57,743 nucleotides of DNA from assembly GCA_947628165.1 (NCBI GenBank), contig CANQYV010000004.1, positions 1 through 57,743 on the forward strand, in the 5' to 3' direction. Origin of the DNA: an uncultured Clostridia bacterium. Its GTDB lineage: Bacteria; Bacillota; Clostridia; Oscillospirales; CAG-272. A program made the translations under genes and the position numbers. The notes under the pieces are model-generated. The model saw nothing but the letters and a program-made list of their open reading frames with translations. It made no database searches and was not told the origin of the DNA. This document shows positions 8,837 to 18,850 of the stretch, piece by piece; position 1 is the first letter of the stretch; each line of letters begins with the position of its first letter.

Positions 8837-9913
8837 ATGACGACTGAGGGAAAACGTAAATTTATAATCAATTTCTTCTACTTTATTATCGTTATCGCTA
8901 TCGTATACTTTGTTTTTAAATATGCGATAAATTTTCTCATGCCGTTCCTTATTGCCTACATCGTCGCGGCGATACTGAGGCCCGCCGTCCGGTTTCTTTC
9001 AAAGAAAACAAAGATGAACTACAAAATAGCGTCTCTTATCTGCGTCATTCTTTTCTACTGCACGGTCGGCGCGCTCGTGTTCGTCATATGCGCCGAGATT
9101 TTCGGATTTGTGAGCGACCAGATAATGAAGCTGCCAACCTTTTACAAAACGACGCTTGAGCCGATGCTCAAAAAGCTGCTCGGCGGCTCACTGACACTTC
9201 CGGAGGACTTCGACCCGACGATATCGCAGGTGCTGAGCGAATTCTCGTCCAATATTTTAAGCTACGTTGGCAGCTTCGTAAGCTGGCTCTCCTCGACTAT
9301 AGGGTCGGGCGTTTCGGGCTTCGCAATGTCGATCCCGAAGCTTGTTTTGAAGATAATCTTCTCGATAGTTTCCTCGTTCTACTTCACGGCGGACTATGAC
9401 TTTATCCACGGATTTATAGAGAGGCAGTTTAGCGAGGCTTCATACGCGAAGTTCAGCGCGGCGAGGAGCGCGATACGCGAAATAATCGGCTCATACGCAA
9501 AGTCTTATGCGATAATACTCGCGATAACGTTTGCGGAGCTGACTGTCGCTATGTTCATCCTCCGCGTCAAGGGCGCCGTCCTCATCGCGCTTTTAATAGC
9601 GGTGTTCGACATACTCCCCGTCGTCGGTACGGGAACCATCCTTATCCCGTGGGCGGTCGTGGAGTTTATAAACGGAAGGATAGGACTGGGAATCGGGCTG
9701 CTCGTGACGTACGTCATCATCTTCGTCATCAGGAACATAATGGAGCCCAAGATAGTGGGAAAGCAGGTCGGGCTCCATCCGCTCGTGACGCTTCTTGCAA
9801 TGTTTGTCGGAACGATGCTGTTCGGCTTCGTCGGGCTGTTCGGCATACCGATCACGATGGCGCTCATTGTAGACCTCAACGACAAAGGGATAATAAAGGC
9901 GTTCAACAAATGA
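8837..9913 (+). CDS. ytvI: AI-2E family membrane protein, YtvI-like
   Basis: Multi-TM; PFLIAY..A..L.P, DILPVVGTG.IL.PW, IRNIMEPKIVGKQVGLHPL motifs. Confidence 0.8.
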   Translation: MTTEGKRKFIINFFYFIIVIAIVYFVFKYAINFLMPFLIAYIVAAILRPAVRFLSKKTKMNYKIASLICVILFYCTVGALVFVICAEIFGFVSDQIMKLPTFYKTTLEPMLKKLLGGSLTLPEDFDPTISQVLSEFSSNILSYVGSFVSWLSSTIGSGVSGFAMSIPKLVLKIIFSIVSSFYFTADYDFIHGFIERQFSEASYAKFSAARSAIREIIGSYAKSYAIILAITFAELTVAMFILRVKGAVLIALLIAVFDILPVVGTGTILIPWAVVEFINGRIGLGIGLLVTYVIIFVIRNIMEPKIVGKQVGLHPLVTLLAMFVGTMLFGFVGLFGIPITMALIVDLNDKGIIKAFNK

Positions 9914-9923
9914 TCGAACAATG

Positions 9924-9958
9924 AAAAAATGCCGAGGCGAAAAGCCCCGGCATTTTTT
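9924..9958. terminator. Bidirectional intrinsic terminator (ytvI/spoIIE)
   Basis: AAAAAATGCCG...CGGCATTTTTT inverted repeat between convergent genes. Confidence 0.7.
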
Positions 9959-12395
9959 ACAGGAACGCGGATACAGGCGGCTCCGTTATCCGCAGGACGC
10001 AGACGGTCGCGTCGTCGCCTCTGCCGAGGCGTCTTTCCGCCTCGCGCAGTATCCCGCGGGCGATGTCGGAGGTCTGCCTGTCGGCGGAGGACGAGAGCAT
10101 GGAATAGAGCCACGCGCAGTCGTCCTCGCACCTCGTTATCCCGTCCGAAACGAGCACGATTATGTCGCCGACGGAGATGTCGACGGTCGTTTCCTCAGCG
10201 TCAAGCGCTTTTATAATGCCGACGGGGACCGTGCGTGAGCTAATTTTATATACGCTCGTCCCGCGCACGATGAACGACGGCGCGGCTCCGCTCTTGATAA
10301 AGCGCGCCTTTCCCGTCAGAAGGTCAAGGTCGAAGAGGTCGACGGTTGCCGAGCACTCCGAGCCCTTCGCGCGCAGAAGACAGTTTAGCATTTTCAGCGT
10401 GACGGACGCGGAGTTGCCGGCGGACATCATTCGCTCGATGAAGAGCGCGCACATTCCGGAGGTGAACGCCGCCTCGCGCCCGCTGCCCATCCCGTCTGAG
10501 ATAAGCGCGCAGTATCTGTCGTCGCGGCATTCAAAGCCGGAGGCGACGTCTCCGTTCGCGGCGCTCTCGTCCATCTTGGATTGTGCGCGCTCGAAAAGCA
10601 CCGCGCGCGAACGTGTGCTTTTGAGCGTCGCGTTGACGAGCTGACCCGAGAGCTCGAACGTCGGTGACGAAAATTCGCCGCCGCAGACGTTCTTTGCGAG
10701 CTGGCGGAGGTCGTCCTCGCCGATGTGGAGCCCAGACAGCTTTATATCCGAAATGAACACGGTTTTTCTCCGCTCGCCGAACACGCAGACGCGGCGCGCC
10801 GATATCATCTCCTTTTTCAGCGCATCCGAGAGCTTTTGCGAAAGCGCCGGGTTTATCTCGTATTCGCCCTCGCGTTCGGATATGACGTCGCGCAGTACGG
10901 CGGACATCGCGCCGTAATCGAACGCCATGACCTCTGTCTTGTCGCGGTCTATAAGACCCGAGAGCAGCGAAGCGTATCCTTTGCTGACGGCGCCCACGAC
11001 GTTGTCGGGGCTGCGGCAGAGGCTTGAAAGCTCGCCGGGGATCTCTTCGTCCTGTATGCTGCCGTTGTCGCGGAGGGTCTCCGACAGCTTCGATATCGCT
11101 GACGATAGCTCGCCTTCGTGCTCGACCCAGCACGTCTCGCGCGAGCGGCATCTTCTGCATACGGACGAGCTTTCGCGCTCCGCCATCTCGCGTATGTCGT
11201 AAATGCTCGGGCGGCGCAGCTTGTCGGAGAGGCGGAAGAGCATTTCGGACATTCCCGAAAATGCCTCCGCCTCGGAGGCGATGCGCCCTCGCACGGACGT
11301 CGTGCGCCCGCGCTCCGCTTCAAGCAGAACGTCGCTCGGCACGGCAGCCTCTTCCTTATCGCGCCTCGGGAGCACGGCAAGGACGTCTGTGAAGAAAAGC
11401 GCCGCCGTTATGACCCCGCCGAGAATAAGCTCGGCGGAGTTGCCGAGAACGTCGCGGTATCCTCCGGCGTAGACAATCCATGAGAGCGAAACCATCGACG
11501 CCGCGCTGACGGCTATGTAGGGCGAGACGCGGTAGAGTATCCCAGCGGCGACGGCGGAGAGCGCGAAGGTCGGCACGATCGCGGCGGGCAGTGAGAGCCC
11601 GAAGAAAAGACCGAGCACGGCTCCTTTTACCCAGCCGCGCCGCACTGTCGCATACTGCGTAAGTACGAATGCCACGATGATGGAAATATCGATTGAAAGA
11701 AGAGAAAATCCCGACAGGGAGAACACGAACGAGACGGCGACCGCGCCCTCTCCGACCTCGCGGTACAGCGCGGAGAGCGCGTCCTTGTGCTCCTCCATGA
11801 TGCCGAAATAAAGAAACGTCAGCGCGGGGCAGAGCGTGCACATGAGGAGAAATCCGCCGAGCGAGGCAAGGGTGAAGCCGTTCGCTATCGCGGAATACGC
11901 GCCGAGCGAGAGCGCGCCTATGACGGAAATTGCCATTCTGACGCGCAGGGAGTCCTCAAGCCTTTTCAAGAGAGCCGCCGCCCCTTTTTCCGTCTTTGCC
12001 TCATCACTCCCCGCGGGGTATAGCGTGCCCGCGAGCAGGCGCAGCGCAAGGAGCAGGGAATATACCGCAAGATTGATGAGCACGTCGCGCCGTCCCACAA
12101 GGATGCGCAGCACGGCTCCTGCGTAAGAGAACGGAGCCATGGAGCCCGAGGCGGCGAAAAACGCTATTCCGAACGGATATGTGTCAAGCGTCGTGCGCGT
12201 GCCCGCGAACAGAAACGCGCCGATAAAGTAGAGCGCGGGGCGGAGAAGGCGCAAAAGAGGGTCTGATTTTAGGCGTGATATATCCACCCCGTGCTCCGTT
12301 TTGACGGCGGAGGCGGCGCCTTTTATATCCTCCCACGCTTTGGCGGCGCGCTTTTTGACGTCTGAGATAATGCGGACGTATTTTTCCGAATTCAT
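9957..12395 (-). CDS. spoIIE: Stage II sporulation protein E (PP2C phosphatase)
   Basis: N-terminal multi-TM region, C-x2-C..CW motif, C-terminal ISDGMGSG, SATVD, KSGAAPSF, VSDG, DDATV. Confidence 0.88.
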   Translation of the reverse strand: MNSEKYVRIISDVKKRAAKAWEDIKGAASAVKTEHGVDISRLKSDPLLRLLRPALYFIGAFLFAGTRTTLDTYPFGIAFFAASGSMAPFSYAGAVLRILVGRRDVLINLAVYSLLLALRLLAGTLYPAGSDEAKTEKGAAALLKRLEDSLRVRMAISVIGALSLGAYSAIANGFTLASLGGFLLMCTLCPALTFLYFGIMEEHKDALSALYREVGEGAVAVSFVFSLSGFSLLSIDISIIVAFVLTQYATVRRGWVKGAVLGLFFGLSLPAAIVPTFALSAVAAGILYRVSPYIAVSAASMVSLSWIVYAGGYRDVLGNSAELILGGVITAALFFTDVLAVLPRRDKEEAAVPSDVLLEAERGRTTSVRGRIASEAEAFSGMSEMLFRLSDKLRRPSIYDIREMAERESSSVCRRCRSRETCWVEHEGELSSAISKLSETLRDNGSIQDEEIPGELSSLCRSPDNVVGAVSKGYASLLSGLIDRDKTEVMAFDYGAMSAVLRDVISEREGEYEINPALSQKLSDALKKEMISARRVCVFGERRKTVFISDIKLSGLHIGEDDLRQLAKNVCGGEFSSPTFELSGQLVNATLKSTRSRAVLFERAQSKMDESAANGDVASGFECRDDRYCALISDGMGSGREAAFTSGMCALFIERMMSAGNSASVTLKMLNCLLRAKGSECSATVDLFDLDLLTGKARFIKSGAAPSFIVRGTSVYKISSRTVPVGIIKALDAEETTVDISVGDIIVLVSDGITRCEDDCAWLYSMLSSSADRQTSDIARGILREAERRLGRGDDATVCVLRITEPPVSAFL

Positions 12396-12784
12396 TTTTG
12401 TTGACCGGTCCTTTTTTGATATTCACCGCGCGGTTGGGGCGTGAAGGCTTGCTTTCGCGTCATTTTCCATGCGGTGAATAACATTTTATACCGCGGGGGG
12501 CGTGCGGACGGTCGAAACGGTCGGGTCAGAAAGGGTAAGGTTAGGAGCGCGCGTGACGGGGATTTGTCGGAAATGTCGCGCCCGTGATATTTCCCGTGTG
12601 AGGAATATCGCCGCGCGAGGAGAAAAGCTCGCTTTCTATCGGACGAAAGTCAAAATGCGACGCGCGACGCCAAAAGACGCGCGCTTTTCGGACGCGCCGT
12701 CGGCGGGGAATAAAAAAGGAAAGGGAAGCGGCGCGTTTCCCCTTTGAAACAGGCCGTTTCCCCTTCGGGTGATATTTGGATTTG

Positions 12785-13114
12785 TCAGAGTATCTCCCAC
12801 AGCTTTTCGAGAAAGTTTTCCTCGCCCCAGGTGTTGATTTTGAAAAACAGCGCCTGACTGCCGCCTGACGTTATCGCAGAGACGTGTACGTTGTCGTCTC
12901 CGTCGGAGGCGAACAGCGTCACGTTAAGGCTCACGCGGTTCCCGCCAATGTAGGAGTATCGCTCGAAGACGAGGACGGAGCATCGCGCGCCTCCCGAGCG
13001 AAAGTCGCTCCTGTCCTCGAGTGTGGCGGATATGCTTCCGCCGAGTATTCCTTCTTCTATCTTTGAGATTATTTCGTCAAAGCTGCCCGTTACCGTTTTT
13101 TCGAGCTTTGCCAT
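12785..13114 (-). CDS. Small conserved protein, DUF6054-like
   Basis: 109 aa; FERYSY..NRVSLNVTL, TSGGSQA.FFKINT.GEE.F resembles DUF6054; GGAGG RBS before ATG 13114. Confidence 0.65.
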   Translation of the reverse strand: MAKLEKTVTGSFDEIISKIEEGILGGSISATLEDRSDFRSGGARCSVLVFERYSYIGGNRVSLNVTLFASDGDDNVHVSAITSGGSQALFFKINTWGEENFLEKLWEIL

Positions 13115-13151
13115 ATCCAAAAGCCTCCCACGATTGTTTTGCCCGCTTCTG

Positions 13152-14402
13152 TCACTCTTCCTCGCCGTCAAATATCTCGCCCGGCAGCGTCATGGTCTCG
13201 CCGGCAACACGGTCGAGCACAATATAAAAGCTTGACGGCGAGTCTAAATCATATATATTACAGAGCACATATTTATCCGAAAAACCGGATATTACGGTGC
13301 CAAGCCGATTGCTTTCGTCTCCCGTATAAATGAGCTTCACATCTCCCGTGAGTATGTTGCAGAGAATGGATTCGTTTGAGTAATAGTCTTTTTCGCACAC
13401 TGCTAACGGGAAGTGTGTAAGAGTCAGCCTGAGTTCTTCGCCCCCAAACAGGGGCTCATATTTCGACTCGTCGCCGAGTTCGTCTATTTTGCACTTGTAA
13501 TTATGCAGGAAAAACTGCGCTTCCTCTATGTTGTGCTTTGCAAAATACAACGTGCGGCCGTCCATACCGTGAAAGGAGAATCCCCTGCCGAAGAAATCGC
13601 TTTCCGACACCTCGTATAATACTTTTCTGTCGCTGAAATCGGTCTCGCATTCGTAAATGCAGGTTCCTTCTTCAAATATAAAGAGCTTTCCGTCGCAGGC
13701 TCCTATTATGTTAGGGATCTTTTCAACGCCGGCCTCCTCGTCAAATTCGATGGGAATTCTTTCATGCATGCTCCCGTCTTTTGAGACAACTTCGAGGTAT
13801 GGAGTTTTTGAGAGGTCAACGCCCCCTTCCGGCTTCAAATAACCGTTCGGCGTGAAGTAAAAGTATATCATGCCGCGGTACATACGGAAATTTGTCGGAT
13901 GACCCTCAAGATCATGCAGGATGGCGGTGCACTTTCTTGTCTTCATGTCGAGCGAGAAGATGCCGGAGCTGAAATGAACTTCATTGTCGTTTTCAGATGC
14001 GAATGTATATGCGGTTGCAGATATTATGAATACCGGCTCTCCGCCGTTTGCCTCGGTCGCCTCCGCGTCGAGCATCCAGGAATAAAAATCCTTGCCGCGT
14101 AGCAGATCCTCACCCTCGCCGTCGCCGTAGACGGTCGTCCATTCTCCGTCCTTGTCATGTATGTCGCGGCACCTGATCTTGCCGTCCTGCACGTCGTATA
14201 CGGTATCGCCGACGAAAAAGTTGTTCATCTCTTCCGTGAGCGTGTCAGACGCGGGGGCAGGGGTGATATTGTTGTCGGTATTGTTATTGTTATTCGTACT
14301 CTCCGGCGCGGTGTCGCTGCCGCCCGTCTTTTTGCCTCCGCATGAGGTGAGCGGGGCGGCGCATAAAAGGATCGCTATAAGACCTGCTATAATTCTTTTC
14401 AC
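13152..14402 (-). CDS. Uncharacterised lipoprotein, beta-rich
   Basis: Signal peptide with LTSC lipobox, Asn/Thr-rich linker, aromatic beta-strand-rich body; AAGGA RBS, GTG start. Confidence 0.65.
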   Translation of the reverse strand: MKRIIAGLIAILLCAAPLTSCGGKKTGGSDTAPESTNNNNNTDNNITPAPASDTLTEEMNNFFVGDTVYDVQDGKIRCRDIHDKDGEWTTVYGDGEGEDLLRGKDFYSWMLDAEATEANGGEPVFIISATAYTFASENDNEVHFSSGIFSLDMKTRKCTAILHDLEGHPTNFRMYRGMIYFYFTPNGYLKPEGGVDLSKTPYLEVVSKDGSMHERIPIEFDEEAGVEKIPNIIGACDGKLFIFEEGTCIYECETDFSDRKVLYEVSESDFFGRGFSFHGMDGRTLYFAKHNIEEAQFFLHNYKCKIDELGDESKYEPLFGGEELRLTLTHFPLAVCEKDYYSNESILCNILTGDVKLIYTGDESNRLGTVISGFSDKYVLCNIYDLDSPSSFYIVLDRVAGETMTLPGEIFDGEEE

Positions 14403-14460
14403 TTCGTTGACATGTCCTTTCTTTGTGTAATCCGTTTTTGTGTGTGAACCGTGATGTATT

Positions 14461-14742
14461 TTATCTTTCGGAATATGCCGTCAGGAACCATCGTATCGCC
14501 CCGACGATAAGGAGCACCACACCGATTATGGAGGGGACAGACAATATTTTTATGCCCCGGGATATAACGGTGAGGATCAACAGTATGAGCGCGGCTGAAA
14601 TATACGAAATGCCGACGTATACCGCCTTTTTGCGCTGTTCATCGGTCAGCGGCTTTGCGCGTCCGTCAAACGTCTTTCCGTTTTCGTCGGCGCGCATCAG
14701 ATGAAGAATCCGCCTTGATACTCGAAACGTTCTGAAAAACAT
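14461..14742 (-). CDS. Small two-TM membrane protein
   Basis: Strong AAGGAGG RBS; two hydrophobic helices in C-terminal half. Confidence 0.6.
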   Translation of the reverse strand: MFFRTFRVSRRILHLMRADENGKTFDGRAKPLTDEQRKKAVYVGISYISAALILLILTVISRGIKILSVPSIIGVVLLIVGAIRWFLTAYSER

Positions 14743-14802
14743 TGCCTGTCCTCCTTTTCTTGCATTCTGCGGGGTTTGTCACCGGTGCCGGTGACTTTAT
14801 TT

Positions 14803-15720
14803 TTATTCCGCGACGGTTTCGTCGGCTGCGTCATAGGCGCCTATGAGCAGCTTGCCGAGCGCGGAGTCACGTCCGAGAACGATGACCTTTTCTTCGCCTG
14901 TGAGGGAAGCCTTGAGCGCGTCGAGCGAGCGGATGAACTCGTAAAAGTCCTTCTTGTCCTCGCTGTTGTACGCCTCGGCGAGCAGCCTCATGTATTCTGC
15001 CTCGCCCTCCGCCTCGATAGCGGCGGCCTCCGCCTTTGCGTCGGAAATTATGATGTTGACCTGACGGTCGACGTCGTTTCTTATGAGGGACGCCTGATAT
15101 TCGCCGTTAGCGGTGTATTCGACCGCTATCCTTTCACGGTCCGATATCATGCGCTCGTAGACTGCCTGTTCGTTGTCCTCGGGGAGGTCGAAGCGCTTTA
15201 TCTTCACGTCTATGACGTCTATGCCGTAGACCTTCGCGCTGTCGGCGACCTCGGTCGTGATGCCGGCGTATATGTCGTTGCGTTCGCTCGCGTCGTCCTG
15301 ATTTATGATGTCGTCCTGCGCGAGCGTGCCCATCAGGTTCTTGAGCGCCTTATATGTCAGCGCGTTCAGACGCGTCTCCGCGGCGGAGATGCTGCCGAGC
15401 GACTGATAGAACGTCTGCGGCTCTGATATCTTCCATGTGAGGTAGCTGTCGACGGTCATGCTCTTCTGATCCGACGTCAGAACGTCTGACGGGGGAATGT
15501 CATATATGAGCACGGTATCGGGGAACTTGCGGACCTCGTCGATGAAGGGTACCTTGAAGTGGAGCCCCGCCTCATCCGCGACGGACTCGATCCTCGAAAA
15601 ACGGAACACGCAGGCGTATTCGTTTTCCGCTACGGTGTAAAAGCTGTTGAATAAGACTATTATTGCCGCTATCGCCGCGACTGCGACGACAACGAGCGCT
15701 ATTGTTTTGCCTTTTTTCAT
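14803..15720 (-). CDS. hflC: FtsH protease modulator HflC
   Basis: N-terminal TM, SPFH domain (GLHFKVPFID), VYERMISDRERIA, FYEFIRSLDA. Confidence 0.88.
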   Translation of the reverse strand: MKKGKTIALVVVAVAAIAAIIVLFNSFYTVAENEYACVFRFSRIESVADEAGLHFKVPFIDEVRKFPDTVLIYDIPPSDVLTSDQKSMTVDSYLTWKISEPQTFYQSLGSISAAETRLNALTYKALKNLMGTLAQDDIINQDDASERNDIYAGITTEVADSAKVYGIDVIDVKIKRFDLPEDNEQAVYERMISDRERIAVEYTANGEYQASLIRNDVDRQVNIIISDAKAEAAAIEAEGEAEYMRLLAEAYNSEDKKDFYEFIRSLDALKASLTGEEKVIVLGRDSALGKLLIGAYDAADETVAE

Positions 15721-15726
15721 GGTTCG

Positions 15727-16743
15727 TCAGTCCTCCTTTTTGACGGTGTCTGTGTTCGAGGTGTCAACGGTTCCGGCGGTCGCCTCGGAAACGAGGCTTT
15801 CAAGCGGCAAGAGCTTCTGCACGCCGCCCTCGGATGTGTCTATATAGACTCTGACGCCGGGGAGCACCTCGGAGATGGCTTCGTAATACATGCGGATGCG
15901 TGTGACCTCGCGGTCGTTCTGATACTCGTTATACATCGCGTTGAACATAGCGACCGCCTCTTTTGCCTCGTTTATGCGGCTCTGCTTCAGATATTCCGCG
16001 TTCTGACGGAGCGCGTCCGCTTCGGCGTTTGCGGAGGGGATCTTTTCGTTCTGATACGCTTCCGCCTGGTTTATCGCCCTCTCCGCCGACTGCTTCGCGG
16101 TCTCGACGTTCTTGAACGCCGCCGTGACTGACTCCGTCGGAGGTTCGCTGTCCTGTATCGAGATGCCCGTCAGGGAAAGACCTATGTCGTACTCGTCAAG
16201 CTCGGAGGAGACAAGGTCCTGGATCTGTATCTGCATCTCGGTTCTGCCCGTCGTCAAGGCGCTGTCGACGTCCGTAGAGCCGACGACTGAGCGTATCTGG
16301 CTCTGGACGAGGTTCTTTAAGATGACGTCCGCCTCGCGCGAATTATAGAGGTACTTGACGGGGTCTGAGATCTTGTACTCGACGAAGAAGTCGATGTTGA
16401 TGATATTGTAGTCGCCTGTTATCATCTTGCTCTCATCCTCGACCGAGACGTCGCCGGTGTCCTCGCTTCTGTAGCCTATCTCTATTTTCTGATAGACGTT
16501 CACGTCGACGTAGGAGACCTTCTGTATCCCGAACGGGAGCTTGAAGTGCATTCCCGCGTCCGTCGTGCCTGTCACCTTGCCGAACGTCGTCACGACCGCC
16601 TGCTGCTGTTCGTCGACCGTGTACCAGCAGCTCGACAGAAGCACTATAAGAAAGACGGCCGCGAGCGCTATCAGCACATAGCGGACTATCTTCTTTGGGC
16701 TCGGGAGCTTTTTGGTCTTGTCGAAGAAGCTGTTGTTATTCAT
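15727..16743 (-). CDS. hflK: FtsH protease modulator HflK
   Basis: VVTTFGK, GMHFKLP, MITGDYNI, PPTESV.AAF, VTRIRMYYE; ATG 16743 after GGGAGGG. Confidence 0.88.
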   Translation of the reverse strand: MNNNSFFDKTKKLPSPKKIVRYVLIALAAVFLIVLLSSCWYTVDEQQQAVVTTFGKVTGTTDAGMHFKLPFGIQKVSYVDVNVYQKIEIGYRSEDTGDVSVEDESKMITGDYNIINIDFFVEYKISDPVKYLYNSREADVILKNLVQSQIRSVVGSTDVDSALTTGRTEMQIQIQDLVSSELDEYDIGLSLTGISIQDSEPPTESVTAAFKNVETAKQSAERAINQAEAYQNEKIPSANAEADALRQNAEYLKQSRINEAKEAVAMFNAMYNEYQNDREVTRIRMYYEAISEVLPGVRVYIDTSEGGVQKLLPLESLVSEATAGTVDTSNTDTVKKED

Positions 16744-16805
16744 TTTTATAAATCCCTCCCTTTTTAAAATGGGTAAATCGGCGCTTCTTCTCGCCTCTTG
16801 ACAAG

Positions 16806-16834
16806 AGTATATCACACGTTCAGATGATTGTCAA
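16806..16834 (-). promoter_or_regulatory. sigmaA promoter of hflKC
   Basis: Minus strand TTGACA-17 nt-TATACT with TG extension. Confidence 0.7.
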
Positions 16835-16949
16835 TAGGTAATTGAAGAAAACTTTAAAAAATTTGCCCGGAGAGAGAATTGGCTTGCGCGCGGGGGCGAG
16901 CTGTGATAGAATAAAACGGAAGGAAAAGCGCGGGGAGGCAGGCGCGGGT

Positions 16950-17420
16950 ATGAGATCGGGATCGGATAAAGACGACATTATATATATGCGCGAGGCGATA
17001 GCGCTCGCGCGCGAGGCGGAAGATTGCGGAGAGGTGCCTGTAGGCTGCGTCATCGTCCGCGACGGGAAAATATTGTCGCGCGGGAGAAATGCGCGGGAAA
17101 AGGAAAAAAACGCGCTCTGCCACGCGGAGATCACGGCTATCGACGGTGCGTGCCGCGCGCTCGGAGGCTGGAGGCTCACGGACTGCACGCTCTATGTGAC
17201 GCTTGAGCCGTGCCCGATGTGCGCGGGCGCTATTATAAACGCGCGGATAAAGAGGGTGGTTTTCGGCGCAAAGGACGCCGCTGCGGGCGCGCTCGGCAGC
17301 GTGCTCGACATGCGCTCGTATCCGACAGGTCCGCGACCTGAGGTGACGTCGGGCGTTCTCGCCGACGAATGCGCGGGCTTGCTGCGAGGATTTTTTGCAA
17401 AGCGACGGGCGGAAGAATAA
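16950..17420 (+). CDS. tadA: tRNA adenosine(34) deaminase
   Basis: GEVPVG, HAE, WRL..CTLYVTLEPCPMCAGA, FF...R terminus. Confidence 0.92.
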   Translation: MRSGSDKDDIIYMREAIALAREAEDCGEVPVGCVIVRDGKILSRGRNAREKEKNALCHAEITAIDGACRALGGWRLTDCTLYVTLEPCPMCAGAIINARIKRVVFGAKDAAAGALGSVLDMRSYPTGPRPEVTSGVLADECAGLLRGFFAKRRAEE

Positions 17421-17424
17421 AAAA

Positions 17425-17460
17425 TCCCGTGCGGTTTTAAAATCGCACGGGACGGTTTTT
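17425..17460. terminator. Bidirectional terminator
   Basis: TCCCGTGCGGTT/AATCGCACGGGA stem with flanking A and T runs between convergent genes. Confidence 0.65.
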
Positions 17461-17471
17461 ATTTGAGGATA

Positions 17472-18251
17472 TTATTTAAGGTAGTTTACGGCGAGTATCG
17501 CGGCTCCGAGCACGGTGAGGACGACGCCCGTCGCGCGGTTGAGCGTTTTTGCGCTCGCTTTGTTCGCGAACAGCGCCGCTATCCTTGCCCACAAAAGCGT
17601 GAACGCGACGCAGAGGATGAGGCACCAAACGTCCGGCGCGCCGCCTATGACGAAGTGGCTGACGGAGCCTGTCAGCGCCGTGAACGCCATGATAAACACG
17701 CTCGTGCCGACGGCTGTCTTGAGCTCGTACCCGAGGATGCTCGTCAGGAGCAGGAGCATCATCATGCCGCCGCCCGCGCCGATAAAGCCGCAGATGAAGC
17801 CGACGACGCTGCCGCCTATGGCTGACCCGATAAAGCGCTTTTTCTCGCTGACTGATTCCATCGCTTCCTTCGTCGTCATGACGGGCTTCACGATGAATTT
17901 GATGCCGAGCAGCACAGTCATAAAGACGGAAAAGCTCCCCATCGTCGTGTTCGGCACCTTGCTCGCGGCAAAGCTGCCGACGAGGGTGAAGAGAAGGACT
18001 GCCGCCATCATGACAAGTCCGTTTTTTATATCGAGATTTTTGTTTTTCCCGTATGTATATGCGCTGACGGCGCTCGCAAGTACGTCGCTCGCGAGGGCGA
18101 TGCCAACTGCCTCATACGCGGGCATACCGAGAAACGTTATGAGCATCGGGCTTATTACGGCGGCGGCGCTCATCCCCGCAAAACCTGTTCCGAGACCCGC
18201 GCCGACGCCGGCAAAAAAGCAGACGATTATTTTTACTGCCGCATCCGTCAC
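17472..18251 (-). CDS. TauE/SafE (TSUP) family membrane exporter
   Basis: Gly-rich TM repeats (GFIGAGGG, AVGTS), about 8 TM segments. Confidence 0.82.
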   Translation of the reverse strand: MTDAAVKIIVCFFAGVGAGLGTGFAGMSAAAVISPMLITFLGMPAYEAVGIALASDVLASAVSAYTYGKNKNLDIKNGLVMMAAVLLFTLVGSFAASKVPNTTMGSFSVFMTVLLGIKFIVKPVMTTKEAMESVSEKKRFIGSAIGGSVVGFICGFIGAGGGMMMLLLLTSILGYELKTAVGTSVFIMAFTALTGSVSHFVIGGAPDVWCLILCVAFTLLWARIAALFANKASAKTLNRATGVVLTVLGAAILAVNYLK

Positions 18252-18274
18252 GTTTTTCCCTCCGAAAACCGTTT

Positions 18275-18820
18275 TTATCTTTTCATAAACTCGTCGAAGT
18301 ATCCGAAGATCTCGTCCTCCGCCTTGCAGAAGCGGCAGAGGGTGAGATTTTTTTCGTCCATGAAGCCGTTTTTTACGGTGTCGGAAATGAGCTTTTCGAG
18401 CGTGTCGAAGCAGCCGTTCACGTTATAGACCGCGACGGGCTTTTTCATCTGCCCGAGCTGGCAGAGGACGAGCACCTCGAAAAATTCCTCATATGTACCG
18501 ATGCCGCCGGGCAGGACAGCGAACGCGTCTGCGGCGTCCTCGAGGACGGCCTTGCGCTCGCGCATCGTTTCGGTGTAGATGAAATCTGTACAGTTCCGGA
18601 ACAGCGTGTCCCCGACGTCGAAGAACGACGGGGCGACGCCGACGAGCGCGCCGCCGCCGAGAACGGCGCCTCGCGCCGCCTCTCCCATGACGCCGTGCGC
18701 GCCGCCGCCGAAGTAAAGCGTGTGCCCGCGACGGGCGACGCTTTCGCCGAAGCGCTTGGCGGCACTCAGATATTCATTCGGTATGCGGTCGCTCGAAGCG
18801 CCGAAAACACAGACGTTCAT
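18275..18820 (-). CDS. LOG family nucleotide phosphoribohydrolase (TIGR00730)
   Basis: VCVFGAS, GGG..GVM, MRERK, PGGIGTYEE. Confidence 0.88.
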   Translation of the reverse strand: MNVCVFGASSDRIPNEYLSAAKRFGESVARRGHTLYFGGGAHGVMGEAARGAVLGGGALVGVAPSFFDVGDTLFRNCTDFIYTETMRERKAVLEDAADAFAVLPGGIGTYEEFFEVLVLCQLGQMKKPVAVYNVNGCFDTLEKLISDTVKNGFMDEKNLTLCRFCKAEDEIFGYFDEFMKR

Positions 18821-18850
18821 ATGTGTGACCTTTGCCTTTCCCGGTTTTTA

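Noticed and set aside
14266-14296. AAT/AAC run (poly-Asn) as a contingency repeat
   Set aside because: Mixed codons, in frame; an ordinary low-complexity linker
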